NCBI GenBank assembly: GCA_017303855.1
Contig: JAFLBL010000001.1
Location: forward strand, 189,978-253,977
Origin: Chitinophagales bacterium
GTDB taxonomy: Bacteria; Bacteroidota; Bacteroidia; Chitinophagales; Chitinophagaceae
Direction of reading: 5' to 3'
Length of the DNA stretch: 64,000 nt
Below the pieces are notes generated by a model. It did not search any database. It worked only from the letters and a program-made list of their open reading frames with translations, and was not told the origin of the DNA. Below, one piece after another: positions 10,332 to 20,501 of the stretch. A program made the position numbers and the translations under genes. Position 1 is the first letter of the stretch. Every line of letters begins with the position of its first letter.

Positions 10332-11069
10332 CCTTTTTTCCGGGAGCAAAGATAACACATAATAAAACGCGAACTTTTTGAATTGAACTGTAAATGAATA
10401 AGTTTTCATTCGTAATTCCGAACTCCTGTTCGTTATTGTAAATCGGTATGCAGATTATTTTATACTCAACGTTTCACTCACTGCCTTTCGATATAAAGAT
10501 CAATTCATCACTACAACAAATACGTATTACGCAGCAGCGCGAAGGGCTACCATTTATTTCAGAAAGGATCGTACATGATACCCCGTGTTGCCATCCGAAA
10601 AACAGGTAAACACGGACGTTTTGACCCGACCCTCTTCCCGGCAACGGAAAAATCCGTTTCATTTTTCAATTCTTAAACCCGGGCTGGACAGGCTATCCCG
10701 GGAATATAGCAGCGTGCGGAGTAGCTGGATTTATCTGATATACTGGAACATATTAAATCGTAGAAAAACAAATGAACAAACGGTTTACAAAGAATATATT
10801 TCGTTATAAATTTAAAATATATTACATAATTAATTGTTTATGTGAATTTTATGTACTTATTTTTTCTTTGCAGTTTTTGAGTTCACAGGGTTTTCTCCTA
10901 CTATTTTTCGGGCATTCCCGGGAAATCTATCTCTCCGTCATCTGTCCGGAATAAGCCGGATTACACTTTAGCCCCGGTATAAAAATTCAGCGAATCTCAC
11001 CCATTTAAGTTTTTAAAAATCAGTGAACAAGAACCCGGTTTTCCTTTACGGGAATTGATCTGAAAAAAC

Positions 11070-11077
11070 TATCTTTG
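11070..11077 (+). promoter_or_regulatory. candidate Bacteroidota -7 promoter box (TAtcTTTG) for secDF
   Basis: Matches TAnnTTTG and lies about 115 nt upstream of the secDF ATG. The implied leader contains nested hairpins (CCCGC..[GGACC ctgt GGTCC]..GCGGG). Confidence 0.4.
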
Positions 11078-11191
11078 CCCGCCCGTAACGGACCCTGTGG
11101 TCCCCGCGGGTTGTGCTTAAATTTTATGTAAACCCTTTATCCCAACTGTATCAACGATTGTGTGGGGATAAAAATGTAAATCGATCAACGT

Positions 11192-14100
11192 ATGCAACTG
11201 AAAGGTTTGGTTCGCTTTTTCACAGTGCTGCTTATTGTGTACTCGCTGTACCAGTTGTCTTTTACCTGGTTTGTCAAAAACCATGAAAAGAAACAGTCGG
11301 CCAAAGCATGGGAGATTGTCGACAAGAATTATCCCAAGACAAAAACAGCTGATTTTACCGGTACCCAGGAAGAGTATGATGAAGTACGGGCAAAAGTATT
11401 TAAGCAAAAGTATGACAGCCTGCTGAAAGCTACCGAAAACACTACATTGACCTATGGTATCAATGGCGCCTTAAGCTATAAGAAAGCGAAAGAGGAAGAG
11501 CTGAATCTCGGTCTCGACCTGCAGGGTGGAATGAACGTTACCCTGGAAGTGGAGATGACCGGATTATTGAAATCCCTCGCTAATAATTCCACGGATCCGA
11601 ATTTCCTTAAGTCACTGGTAAATGCAGACAACAGGAAAGGAAATAGTGATGCGGACTTTATTACCCTGTTCATACAGGAATACCGCAAACTGGAACCGAA
11701 CCGTCCGCTGGCCAGTTTATTTTCAGGTGCCAGTGCCAATGTAATAGATATCAAATCCAGCGACAGCAAAGTGGAGAGTTATATTCGTGACCAGGCAAAG
11801 ACGGCCTTTAACCTGACCTTCGATCGTCTACGTACACGTATTGACCAGTTTGGTGTGGCTCAGCCTTCCATTAACCCGATCCCCAACCGCGGTCTGATCA
11901 ATGTGGAATTGCCCGGTATCAAGGATAAAGAAAGGGTGCGTAAACTTTTACAGAGTACGGCCAATCTGCAGTTCTGGGAAGTATATACACTGGCGGATCA
12001 GAACTATGGCAACGGATGGCAACGCACTATTAACGCATTCAATGCGAAATACGGCGGTGTGGCCGATACAACGGCTCCGGCAGTTGATACTACCGCTGCT
12101 AAAGTGGATACAACAACTGCACAAGACACGAACACTACCAAAAAAATCGGTGATATTACCGCAGCGGATACCGGAAAAAGCAAAACCGACACGGCTAAGA
12201 ATAATCTCGCCAATGCGAATACCATTGATAAATACCTGCAATTTGCCCAGCCTTACAGAGATGAAAAGGGCAATGTTGGATATCCCTCCGCTATTGGGTA
12301 TGTGCCCATCCGGGATACTGCCCTCTTCCGTTCTTACCTGAATGAGTTCAAAGGAAATTTTCCCTCCGACGTGGTATTTGCGTATGGCGTACCTGATAAG
12401 GATAAAAAAGGTAAGACAGCCGAATTCGTTCCGCTGTATTCCCTGAAAACCTATAACCGTACAGAAGCTAAACTGGAAGGTGATGCAATTTCCGATGCCC
12501 GCCAGGACTTTGACCAGTATGGTAAAGTGCAGATTGAAATGAAAATGAAACCTGCCGGTGCCAGTATCTGGAAAAAGATGACGGCTGAAAACGTAGGTAA
12601 ACCCATCGCCATCGTACTGGATAACCTGGTACAGTCTGCCCCGAATGTAATCAACGAAATTCCCAACGGTGTTTCGTCCATTACCGGAAGCTATACGCAA
12701 CAGGAAGCTGCCGACCTGGCCAATATCCTGAAGATCGGTAAGCTCCCCGCTCCTGCCAAGATTGTGCATGACGAGCAGGTTGGACCTACGCTGGGTGCCA
12801 AAGCCATCCAGGGTGGAAGTATGGCGTTTCTGATTTCCTTTGTGGTAATCTTCCTCCTGATGCTGGTATATTATAATACCAGTGGCTGGGTGGCCAATAT
12901 CGCTTTAATCCTGAACCTGCTCTTTACTGTTGGTATACTGGCGGGATTAGGTGCCACATTAACTGCTCCCGGTATTGCCGGTCTGGTACTGACAATCGGT
13001 ATGGCGGTTGACACGAACGTAATTATATATGAACGTATCAAAGAAGAACTGGAAAAAGGAAAAGGATATATTCCGGCCATTAACGAGGGCTACAAACGAT
13101 CCCTGCCTCCTGTACTGGATGCACACGTTACCACCCTGCTGACCGCTTTTATCCTGTTCTATTTCGGTCTGGGTCCGGTAAAAGGATTTGCCACCACGCA
13201 GATCATCGGTATCCTCCTCTCCCTGTTCTGCGGTATCCTGGTGAGCCGTTGGGTGAGCGATATCTTTACCAATAAGAAAAAGCACCTTGAATACTTTACC
13301 GGTGTTTCCCGCCGTGTATTCAAACACGCGAAATACAAGTTCATCGAATACCGGAAAGTGGCTTACATAATTTCCTTTGTTGTACTGGCACTGGGTATCG
13401 CTTCTTTCTTCAACGGATTCCGTTATGGTGTGGAATTCGATGGTGGTCGCAGTTATATGGTCCAGTTCTCCAAAAAAGTGGACGAGGAAGCCGTTCGTAT
13501 TTCTCTCGAAAAAGCGTTCGAAGGAGAAAATACCATTATCAAAACAATCGGGAATGCCTCCAAACTGGATATTACCACTTCTTACCTGATCAAGGATTCC
13601 CGCCCGACGGCTGACTCTGTGGTTTCCGCCAAACTGTATGAAGGACTGAAATCCTTCCTGCCGGAAAACCTGAGTTACGAACAGTTTGCCACGGATAAAT
13701 ACATTGAACAAAGCAAGAAAGTATTACCGACGATTTCAGATGATCTGAAATTAGGTGCGGTGAAAGCCACTGTTTTCGCCTTGCTGGTTATCTTCCTGTA
13801 TATCTTTATCCGTTTCCGCGACTGGAGATATTCTTTGGGTACCATCATCGCCCTGCTGCACGACGTATTTGTAACGCTGATCGTTTTCTCCTTTGCCAAG
13901 AATATAGTACCCTTCCCGCTGGAAATTGACCAGCACTTTATTGCCGCGGTACTGACGGTAATCGGTTTCTCCATGAACGACACCGTGATTGTATTCGACC
14001 GTATCCGGGAAGACCGGCGTCTGTCGCCAACAACTCCGCTTGGTGAAACCATCAACCTGGCGATCAACCAAACGCTGAGCCGTACTATCATGACTTCACT

Positions 14101-14305
14101 GACCGTGTTCCTGACCATCCTCATCCTGTTCCTGGTGGGTGGTGAAGTAACCAAAGGTTTCGCCTTCGCGATGCTGATCGGTGTAATCACAGGTACCTAC
14201 TCTTCCATCTTTGTGGCCGCCCCCATCCTGGTGGATCTGACCAAAGGGAAGAAAGCTACCGGCAAGTCTGCTGAAAAGCCGAAGCCGGTTGATACAAAAG
14301 CGTAA
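11192..14305 (+). CDS. secDF: protein translocase subunit SecDF (fused)
   Basis: 1037 aa with two 6-TM RND-like halves. LGLDLQGGM and GPTLG motifs are SecD-like; EFDGGRS and FSMNDTVIVFDRIRE motifs are SecF-like. A Thr/Ala-rich insert lies in the periplasmic head. Confidence 0.9.
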   Translation: MQLKGLVRFFTVLLIVYSLYQLSFTWFVKNHEKKQSAKAWEIVDKNYPKTKTADFTGTQEEYDEVRAKVFKQKYDSLLKATENTTLTYGINGALSYKKAKEEELNLGLDLQGGMNVTLEVEMTGLLKSLANNSTDPNFLKSLVNADNRKGNSDADFITLFIQEYRKLEPNRPLASLFSGASANVIDIKSSDSKVESYIRDQAKTAFNLTFDRLRTRIDQFGVAQPSINPIPNRGLINVELPGIKDKERVRKLLQSTANLQFWEVYTLADQNYGNGWQRTINAFNAKYGGVADTTAPAVDTTAAKVDTTTAQDTNTTKKIGDITAADTGKSKTDTAKNNLANANTIDKYLQFAQPYRDEKGNVGYPSAIGYVPIRDTALFRSYLNEFKGNFPSDVVFAYGVPDKDKKGKTAEFVPLYSLKTYNRTEAKLEGDAISDARQDFDQYGKVQIEMKMKPAGASIWKKMTAENVGKPIAIVLDNLVQSAPNVINEIPNGVSSITGSYTQQEAADLANILKIGKLPAPAKIVHDEQVGPTLGAKAIQGGSMAFLISFVVIFLLMLVYYNTSGWVANIALILNLLFTVGILAGLGATLTAPGIAGLVLTIGMAVDTNVIIYERIKEELEKGKGYIPAINEGYKRSLPPVLDAHVTTLLTAFILFYFGLGPVKGFATTQIIGILLSLFCGILVSRWVSDIFTNKKKHLEYFTGVSRRVFKHAKYKFIEYRKVAYIISFVVLALGIASFFNGFRYGVEFDGGRSYMVQFSKKVDEEAVRISLEKAFEGENTIIKTIGNASKLDITTSYLIKDSRPTADSVVSAKLYEGLKSFLPENLSYEQFATDKYIEQSKKVLPTISDDLKLGAVKATVFALLVIFLYIFIRFRDWRYSLGTIIALLHDVFVTLIVFSFAKNIVPFPLEIDQHFIAAVLTVIGFSMNDTVIVFDRIREDRRLSPTTPLGETINLAINQTLSRTIMTSLTVFLTILILFLVGGEVTKGFAFAMLIGVITGTYSSIFVAAPILVDLTKGKKATGKSAEKPKPVDTKA

Positions 14306-14321
14306 GTAAGATATACTACAT

Positions 14322-14357
14322 AAAAAAGGCTGTCCCGAAAGAGACAGCCTTTTTTTA
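14322..14357. terminator. bidirectional intrinsic terminator between secDF and the convergent iscA-like gene
   Basis: AAAAAA-GGCTGTC-ccgaaaga-GACAGCC-TTTTTTT. The A-run and T-run flank the stem, so it can act on both strands. Confidence 0.75.
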
Positions 14358-14431
14358 TGTAGCTTCAGTTTAAGCTGAAGAAATCTGCAGCTCTACAGTT
14401 TGCATTTATCCGGCCCGGGATATCCGTTATA

Positions 14432-14776
14432 TCAAACGGCAAATGAGGTCCCGCAACCACAGGTACTGCTGGCATTCGGGTTTTTAAACGTGAACCCGCG
14501 GTTATTCAGTCCGTCCTGCCAGTCAATCAACATCCCGTACAGATAAATTTCATGTGACTTATCCATGATACAGGATATCCCTTCAATTTCAAAATGATTG
14601 TCATTCGCCGCCGGTTGGTCAAACCCCAGCACATAGGTCATACCTGAGCATCCGCCTCCTTTCACGCCTACACGGAGTTGCTGACTATGGTCAAACCCCT
14701 CGGCACTGAGTAAGCGCCTGATTTCCGCTATTGCACCGGCAGTAAATGATACCGGGAGTTGAGTCGTTGTTTCCAT
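14432..14776 (-). CDS. HesB/IscA family iron-sulfur cluster insertion protein
   Basis: 114 aa. It has LRVGVKGGGCSGMTY and the C-terminal CGCGTSF cysteine signature. Confidence 0.85.
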   Translation of the reverse strand: METTTQLPVSFTAGAIAEIRRLLSAEGFDHSQQLRVGVKGGGCSGMTYVLGFDQPAANDNHFEIEGISCIMDKSHEIYLYGMLIDWQDGLNNRGFTFKNPNASSTCGCGTSFAV

Positions 14777-14898
14777 TTCACAAAAATAATCAAAGTTTTT
14801 TCCGGAAAAAGACCGGCCGTTTCCGAAGAAAGGAAATAAACTGACGACAATCAGCGTTCAGGCTGCCGGACAGCCCGTTAAAGATGGGCCAATCCGCC

Positions 14899-14906
14899 TA
14901 TTTTTG
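14899..14906 (+). promoter_or_regulatory. candidate -7 promoter box (TAttTTTG)
   Basis: Matches TAnnTTTG, 23 nt upstream of the ATG at 14930. Confidence 0.4.
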
Positions 14907-14929
14907 TAATAACCTTTAAATTAAATCCA

Positions 14930-15436
14930 ATGGACCTTAGTCTTGTCAGTCTTGTTATTTCTGTTCTTGCGATTCTCCTTGCTTTTTTTGCTGTATCGCG
15001 TGGCGGCAACTCCTCCCCGGCCCCGGTGGCCGAAAGGTCCGCATTTGACAGTATACCGCTTCGTCTTCAGGCGTATGAAAGGCTGGTACTGCTGACCGAA
15101 CGGATTTCCCTGCCCAACCTGATCAGCCGGCTCAATCAGCCCGGAATTGCCGCAGCAGAAATGAAAATCATTCTCTCCGAAAACATCAAACAGGAATTCG
15201 AATATAACAGTACCCAGCAACTGTATGTAAGTCCGCTAAGCTGGGACGCTGTGAGAAACCTCAAGGAACAAAATATTATGGTGATCAACCAGGTGGCAGG
15301 CAGCCTCCCGCTTACCGCTTCTTCCGGTGATTTGAATAAGAAAATACTGGAAGTGATGATGGCGCAACCCAATGGCGCATTACATGAACTGGTTACCCAG
15401 ACATTGAACCACGAAGCCAAGAAACTGATGCAATAA
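14930..15436 (+). CDS. membrane-anchored hypothetical protein
   Basis: 168 aa with a single N-terminal TM (LVSLVISVLAILLAFFAV) and a helical soluble part. It ends 27 nt upstream of the mutase gene, so it is probably co-transcribed. Confidence 0.5.
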   Translation: MDLSLVSLVISVLAILLAFFAVSRGGNSSPAPVAERSAFDSIPLRLQAYERLVLLTERISLPNLISRLNQPGIAAAEMKIILSENIKQEFEYNSTQQLYVSPLSWDAVRNLKEQNIMVINQVAGSLPLTASSGDLNKKILEVMMAQPNGALHELVTQTLNHEAKKLMQ

Positions 15437-15463
15437 ACGATTACTCACATCAAATTCCGCTAT

Positions 15464-17023
15464 ATGGATCCCCAAAAAAAATACACTGATTCCGGTATCG
15501 AAGTGAAACAATTGTATACCGGGGATGATCTTCCTTTAACTTCAAATGAAATGCCGGGCAGCTTTCCGTTTACCCGCGGTGTGCAGCCGGATATGTACCG
15601 GGGAAAACTCTGGACCATGCGCCAGTATGCCGGATTCTCCACGGCAGAAGAAAGCAATAAACGTTATCATTATCTTTTATCACAGGGAGTCAGCGGACTG
15701 AGTGTGGCGTTTGACCTGCCCACTCAGATCGGGTATGACAGTGATCATGAACTGGCCGAAGGCGAAGTGGGCAAAGTGGGCGTGGCGATTGATTCCATTG
15801 AAGATATGCAAACCCTTTTTAAAGGCATAAAACTGGAGGACGTCAGTACCTCCATGACGATCAATGCTACCGGCTTTATACTATTATCACTGTATGTGGC
15901 ATTGGCCAAACAACAGGGTGCCGATCTGAAAAAAATTTCCGGTACGATTCAGAACGACATATTGAAAGAATACGCGGCCAGGGGCACCTATATCTATCCG
16001 CCCAAACCTTCCATGCGCATCATTACTGATATATTTGAGTGGTGCAGCCAGGAAGTGCCCAAATGGAATACCATTTCCATTTCCGGCTATCATATCCGGG
16101 AAGCCGGCAGTACAGCGGTACAGGAAATCGCTTTTACCCTGAGCAATGGCAAGGCCTATGTACAGGCCGCCCAGAAAAAAGGGCTGGATATAAATGTATT
16201 TGGCAAGCGGTTGTCCTTCTTCTTTAATGCACATAACAACCTCTTTGAAGAAGTAGCCAAATTCAGGGCTGCCCGCCGCATGTGGGCCACAATTATGAAA
16301 GACCTGGGTGCCACAGATCCTAAAGCCATGATGCTGCGTTTTCATACGCAGACCGGTGGCAGCACCCTAACCGCTCAACAACCGCTGAATAATATTTCAA
16401 GGGTTACCATACAAACACTGGCCGCTGTATTGGGAGGAACACAGTCCCTGCATACAAACGGATACGATGAAGCATTAAGTCTGCCTACGGAAGCTGCTGC
16501 CCGCATTGCGTTGCGGACCCAGCAGATTGTAGCGTTTGAAAGCGGCGCTACCGATACAGTAGACCCGCTGGCGGGTTCTTATTATGTGGAAACACTGACC
16601 CGGCAGGTGGAAGAAGAAGCCTGGAAATTAATCCATAAGATCGACGCAATGGGCGGCAGTGTATCTGCTATTGAAGAAGGATTTATACAGGATGAAATAG
16701 CCCGCAGCGCCTACGATTACCAACGCAATATTGAAACCGGCGAAAAGATAATTGTAGGAGTAAATAAATTCCAGGTGGAAGAAAACAATTCCACCCCAAT
16801 CCTGAAAGTGGACGACAGTATCCGAACAGTACAGGCGGAAAAACTGAAAATCCTGCGCTCCAACCGCGATCATGCCAAATGTGATCAACTGCTTCAGCTC
16901 CTAAGCGATAAAGCCAGCAGCGGGGAAAACATCATGCCCGTAGTAGTGGAAGCGGTGGAGGCAAAGTGTACGCTGGGCGAGATTGCAGATACACTGCGCG
17001 AATTATATGGAGAGTATAGATAA
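15464..17023 (+). CDS. methylmalonyl-CoA mutase family protein, catalytic (TIM-barrel) subunit without a B12-binding domain
   Basis: 519 aa. [34 protein letters not shown] and [15 protein letters not shown] are mutase substrate-domain motifs. The ORF stops before any DxHxxG B12 domain. Confidence 0.85.
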   Translation: MDPQKKYTDSGIEVKQLYTGDDLPLTSNEMPGSFPFTRGVQPDMYRGKLWTMRQYAGFSTAEESNKRYHYLLSQGVSGLSVAFDLPTQIGYDSDHELAEGEVGKVGVAIDSIEDMQTLFKGIKLEDVSTSMTINATGFILLSLYVALAKQQGADLKKISGTIQNDILKEYAARGTYIYPPKPSMRIITDIFEWCSQEVPKWNTISISGYHIREAGSTAVQEIAFTLSNGKAYVQAAQKKGLDINVFGKRLSFFFNAHNNLFEEVAKFRAARRMWATIMKDLGATDPKAMMLRFHTQTGGSTLTAQQPLNNISRVTIQTLAAVLGGTQSLHTNGYDEALSLPTEAAARIALRTQQIVAFESGATDTVDPLAGSYYVETLTRQVEEEAWKLIHKIDAMGGSVSAIEEGFIQDEIARSAYDYQRNIETGEKIIVGVNKFQVEENNSTPILKVDDSIRTVQAEKLKILRSNRDHAKCDQLLQLLSDKASSGENIMPVVVEAVEAKCTLGEIADTLRELYGEYR

Positions 17024-17025
17024 TT

Positions 17026-17125
17026 GCTGACAGGTTGATAAGTTGACAGGTTGATAAGTTGAAAGGTTGACAAAGATGGCATTTCCCGGACAACCTTTCA
17101 ACTTATCAACTTCTCTCAACTTTCC
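17026..17125. repeat. array of GTTGAnnn octamers arranged as a long inverted repeat (20-bp perfect stem 17050-17069 / 17091-17110)
   Basis: The plus strand reads gctgacag gttgataa gttgacag gttgataa gttgaaag gttgacaa, then a 21-nt spacer, then the reverse-complement copies caacctttcaacttatcaac. It lies between convergent stop codons. Confidence 0.7.
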
Positions 17126-17184
17126 ACCCAAAAAAAAGGACCGTCTCCCGCAGAAAACAGTCCTTATAAAGAAGTAGTGATCCG

Positions 17185-17565
17185 TTACATCCACTTACTC
17201 AGGTATTCATTGAATTCGTGCCGGAGTACATTCATTACGCGTTCAAAATCTTCATATTTTTCATGCAGGGATGCATGCTCTGTCATCATACCGGTTTCCA
17301 TACGACCGCCATGCTTCTGCGCATCCACACCCAGTTTTTCCACATACAGATTCACTTCATGTTTCAGTTCAGCGATATTGTTTCGTTGTACAATAAACTG
17401 GTTCTGAAAATGCTCCACACCCTGACGGGCTTCAAACGTGGTATTCCGGGCAGCTACTTCAGACAAGCGGCTTTCCATGATATCCAGTTCGTCTTTATAG
17501 AAACCGAATCCTTTTTGCCAGATAGTATGGTCAGTGCCGATCCGGGTAATCGTCGTATAACTCAT
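17185..17565 (-). CDS. hypothetical helical protein
   Basis: 126-aa ORF with ATG start and predicted all-helical composition. A TAgtTTTG box lies at 17583-17590 on the minus strand just upstream. Confidence 0.5.
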   Translation of the reverse strand: MSYTTITRIGTDHTIWQKGFGFYKDELDIMESRLSEVAARNTTFEARQGVEHFQNQFIVQRNNIAELKHEVNLYVEKLGVDAQKHGGRMETGMMTEHASLHEKYEDFERVMNVLRHEFNEYLSKWM

Positions 17566-17716
17566 AACGGATTTGTTTTAACCAAAACTATCTTTATAAT
17601 CCTCCAATCCAACTGACCCCTGTCAGCGATTCGCATGATAGATTTCAGCGACGATTCCGGGGGATATCAGGCAATAGCTTTGAATTCAATACGTTCGGCA
17701 AATCAACTTCATTGCA

Positions 17717-17741
17717 TAAAAAAAAGGCAGTGGCCTGCCTT
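17717..17741 (-). terminator. intrinsic terminator of glnS
   Basis: The minus strand reads AGGCAG-gcca-CTGCCT followed by T8, about 35 nt after the glnS stop. Confidence 0.7.
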
Positions 17742-17775
17742 TAGAATTAATTAACAGTTGAAACGGAAGTGAATA

Positions 17776-19437
17776 TCAGCCTTTCTTTACTTCTTTTGCC
17801 CAGGCATCTTTCAACCCTACCGTACGGTTAAAAACCAGCTTTCCGGATTGTGTATCCCTGTCCAGTACAAAGTAACCTTTCCGGATAAACTGAAATCTTT
17901 CCTCCAATGTTGCCGTAGCCAGTGCGGGTTCGGCATATACTTCCGGCAATACCTGCAAGGAATCCGGATTCAGGTATTCTTTAAAATCACCTGCTTCATC
18001 GGTAGGATCTTCCACACGGAAAAGACGGTCATATAACCTGATTTCCGACCGGATGGCATGTTTCACACTTACCCAGTGCAGGGTACCTTTCACACTGATA
18101 CCACTGGTATCAGCCCCGCTGCGGCTTTCCGGAATATAGGTACACCGGACTTCCGTAACCTGTCCCTCCTGATCTTTAATTACTTCCTCACACTTGATAA
18201 TATAAGCACTCTTCAACCTTACCATTTGACCAGGCGCCAGGCGGAAATATTTTTTGGGCGGATTTTCCATAAAGTCATCCCGTTCTATATAAATTTCACG
18301 GCTGAAAGGGATGTCCCTGACACCGCCGTTTTCATCTTCGGGATTGTTTTCACTCAGCAGCATTTCTTCCTCCTGAGTGTAATTGGTAATCACGAGCTTC
18401 AACGGATCAAATACGACCATCCGGCGCAGCGCAATCTTATTCAGGTGTTCCCGCACACAGAATTCAAGCAATCCCACATCCACCATATTTTCCCGTTTGG
18501 CTACCCCGATCCGGTCACAAAATTCCCTTATACTATGCGGCGTGTAACCTCTTCTGCGCAAGCCGCTGACCGTAGGCATCCGCGGATCATCCCATCCGGT
18601 AACATGTTTTTCCGTAACCAGCTGAAGTAATTTTCGCTTACTGGTTACCGTGTAATTGATATTCCGGCGGGCAAATTCATACTGGTGAGAAGGATAGATC
18701 TCCAGTTTTTCAATCAACCAGTCATACAACTCCCGGTGAGGAATGAATTCCATAGTACAGATGGAATGAGTGATTTCTTCAATGGAATCACTCTGGCCAT
18801 GGGCAAAATCATACATGGGATAGATACACCACTTATCCCCGGTACGGTGATGATGGGCATGTTTGATCCGGTACAGAATCGGGTCGCGCATCAGCATATT
18901 GATATGCGCCATATCTATTTTCGCTCTCAATGTCCGGCTGCCATCCGGAAATTCCCCGTTCTTCATCCGGATAAAAAGGGCCCTGTTCTCTTCCACGGAC
19001 CGGTCCCTGTACGGACTGTTTTTTCCCGGCTCGGTAGGTGTTCCTTTCATCGCGGCCATTTCATCCGCGGTGATATCGTCCACATAAGCCAGGTTTTTGT
19101 CAATCAGTTTCAGAGCAAATGCATAGAGATTGTCAAAATAATCACTGGCATACCGTTCATTTTCCCAGGTAAAACCAAGCCATTTCACATCTTCCTTAAT
19201 GCTCTCCACATACTCCGTTTCTTCCGTCACGGGATTGGTATCATCAAACCGCAGGTTAGTATAACCGGGATATTTCTGCGTAAGACCAAAATTGAGGCAG
19301 ATGCTGGATGCATGACCGATATGCAGATACCCGTTGGGCTCAGGCGGAAAGCGGGTAATGATACGGGTATACCGTCCGCTTTTCAGATCCTCTTCAATAA
19401 TTTCCTCCAGGAAATTCAGACTACGTTCTTCAGACAT
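17776..19437 (-). CDS. glnS: glutamine--tRNA ligase
   Basis: 553 aa. It has [17 protein letters not shown] (HIGH motif), a VTSKRKL (KMSKS-like) motif and the GlnRS-type C-terminal beta-barrel domains. Confidence 0.95.
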   Translation of the reverse strand: MSEERSLNFLEEIIEEDLKSGRYTRIITRFPPEPNGYLHIGHASSICLNFGLTQKYPGYTNLRFDDTNPVTEETEYVESIKEDVKWLGFTWENERYASDYFDNLYAFALKLIDKNLAYVDDITADEMAAMKGTPTEPGKNSPYRDRSVEENRALFIRMKNGEFPDGSRTLRAKIDMAHINMLMRDPILYRIKHAHHHRTGDKWCIYPMYDFAHGQSDSIEEITHSICTMEFIPHRELYDWLIEKLEIYPSHQYEFARRNINYTVTSKRKLLQLVTEKHVTGWDDPRMPTVSGLRRRGYTPHSIREFCDRIGVAKRENMVDVGLLEFCVREHLNKIALRRMVVFDPLKLVITNYTQEEEMLLSENNPEDENGGVRDIPFSREIYIERDDFMENPPKKYFRLAPGQMVRLKSAYIIKCEEVIKDQEGQVTEVRCTYIPESRSGADTSGISVKGTLHWVSVKHAIRSEIRLYDRLFRVEDPTDEAGDFKEYLNPDSLQVLPEVYAEPALATATLEERFQFIRKGYFVLDRDTQSGKLVFNRTVGLKDAWAKEVKKG

Positions 19438-19630
19438 AACTCTTTTAAAATAAGGGTTAAAGATACGAAATCCCGCGCCATCCCGCCCCGGAAGCCGGCG
19501 AATTAAAGTTAAATAACGCTGATTAATCTGCCCGATTAACCGGACTTATATAAAAATCAGCAACCGCTTTGAGAGTGATCAGTAAAACTGTGGCTAAAAT
19601 GAATGAACTTGCTGACAGTAAACCTCCAAA

Positions 19631-20476
19631 ATGAAAAAGATCCTGGTTCCTACTGATTTTTCACCAAATGCGGATAAAGCGACAGATTATGCTGTTCAGA
19701 TAGCAAAACTGAACGAAGCCGCCGTTTACCTGATTCACGCCTGCGACCACCTGGATCCACTGTATCTGGATGGAGCTCTTACCCATATGGAGTACAACCA
19801 GCGGATCATGGATGAGGCGTTTGAAAAACTGGAATTGAGGCGGAGAAGCATCGAAGAAACAGAACAGGTACTGGTCAACACACAACTTTATAATGGCACT
19901 GTACAGGATACCATCCTGGTTGCGGCTGAAGAACACCAAGCCGACCTGATCATTATGGGTACTCTGGGCATTACCGGCTTAAAGGACAAATTATTCGGCT
20001 CCAAAACCGCCGCCCTGATCAGCCAAAGCCCGGTACCCCTGCTGGCCATTCCACTTGAATACGACTGGAGTAAACCAGCCAGTTTTCTGATGGCTATAAA
20101 AGACGTAAACGAAGCGCTGCCTTTACTGGACCCCGCTTTTGAACTGGCTGCCTTATTCAAAGCCGGCGTACACCTGGCGTTGTTTACCGATAAAAACGAT
20201 ACCGGCGCACTGGATTATATTTCTGATGAACGGGTGATTCTGCATGCGGCTGAAAAATTAAAAGAACAGCATAAAGACATTGTCATTGGCACCGAACACC
20301 TGCTGGGCCGGGATTTCGAGGAAAGCATCATGGAATATATCGAATCGAAGCATATCGACATGCTGGTTATGATTACACATAAAAGAACCATATTGGGCCA
20401 GCTATTTCACCACAGTATGACGAGGAAAATAAGTTACCATACCAAAATACCGGTACTGGCAATCCCCGCCCGCTGA
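19631..20476 (+). CDS. universal stress protein (tandem USP domains)
   Basis: 281 aa. It starts MKKILVPTDFS and has the IIMGTLGITGLKDKLFGSKT ATP-loop-like motif. The second half is again USP-like. Confidence 0.8.
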   Translation: MKKILVPTDFSPNADKATDYAVQIAKLNEAAVYLIHACDHLDPLYLDGALTHMEYNQRIMDEAFEKLELRRRSIEETEQVLVNTQLYNGTVQDTILVAAEEHQADLIIMGTLGITGLKDKLFGSKTAALISQSPVPLLAIPLEYDWSKPASFLMAIKDVNEALPLLDPAFELAALFKAGVHLALFTDKNDTGALDYISDERVILHAAEKLKEQHKDIVIGTEHLLGRDFEESIMEYIESKHIDMLVMITHKRTILGQLFHHSMTRKISYHTKIPVLAIPAR

Positions 20477-20501
20477 TGGCTCATTTGTAAACTGACTGCA
20501 T

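Noticed and set aside
10772-10954. 60-aa ORF in the AT-rich island, and 62-aa and 74-aa ORFs at 10474..10662 and 10585..10809.
   Set aside because: The 10772 ORF reads as an AT-driven hydrophobic string. The 10585 ORF has a non-ATG start. None shows a family motif or a promoter box, and the 10474 and 10585 ORFs overlap each other in different frames.
10740-11180. Possible replication origin: an AT-rich island plus DnaA-box-like 9-mers TTATCCCAA (about 11138) and TGTGGGGATAA (about 11161).
   Set aside because: There are only two imperfect boxes, neither matching TTATCCACA exactly. There is no cluster of boxes and no dnaA, dnaN or other origin-linked genes nearby. Both boxes are better explained as the two arms of a leader hairpin.
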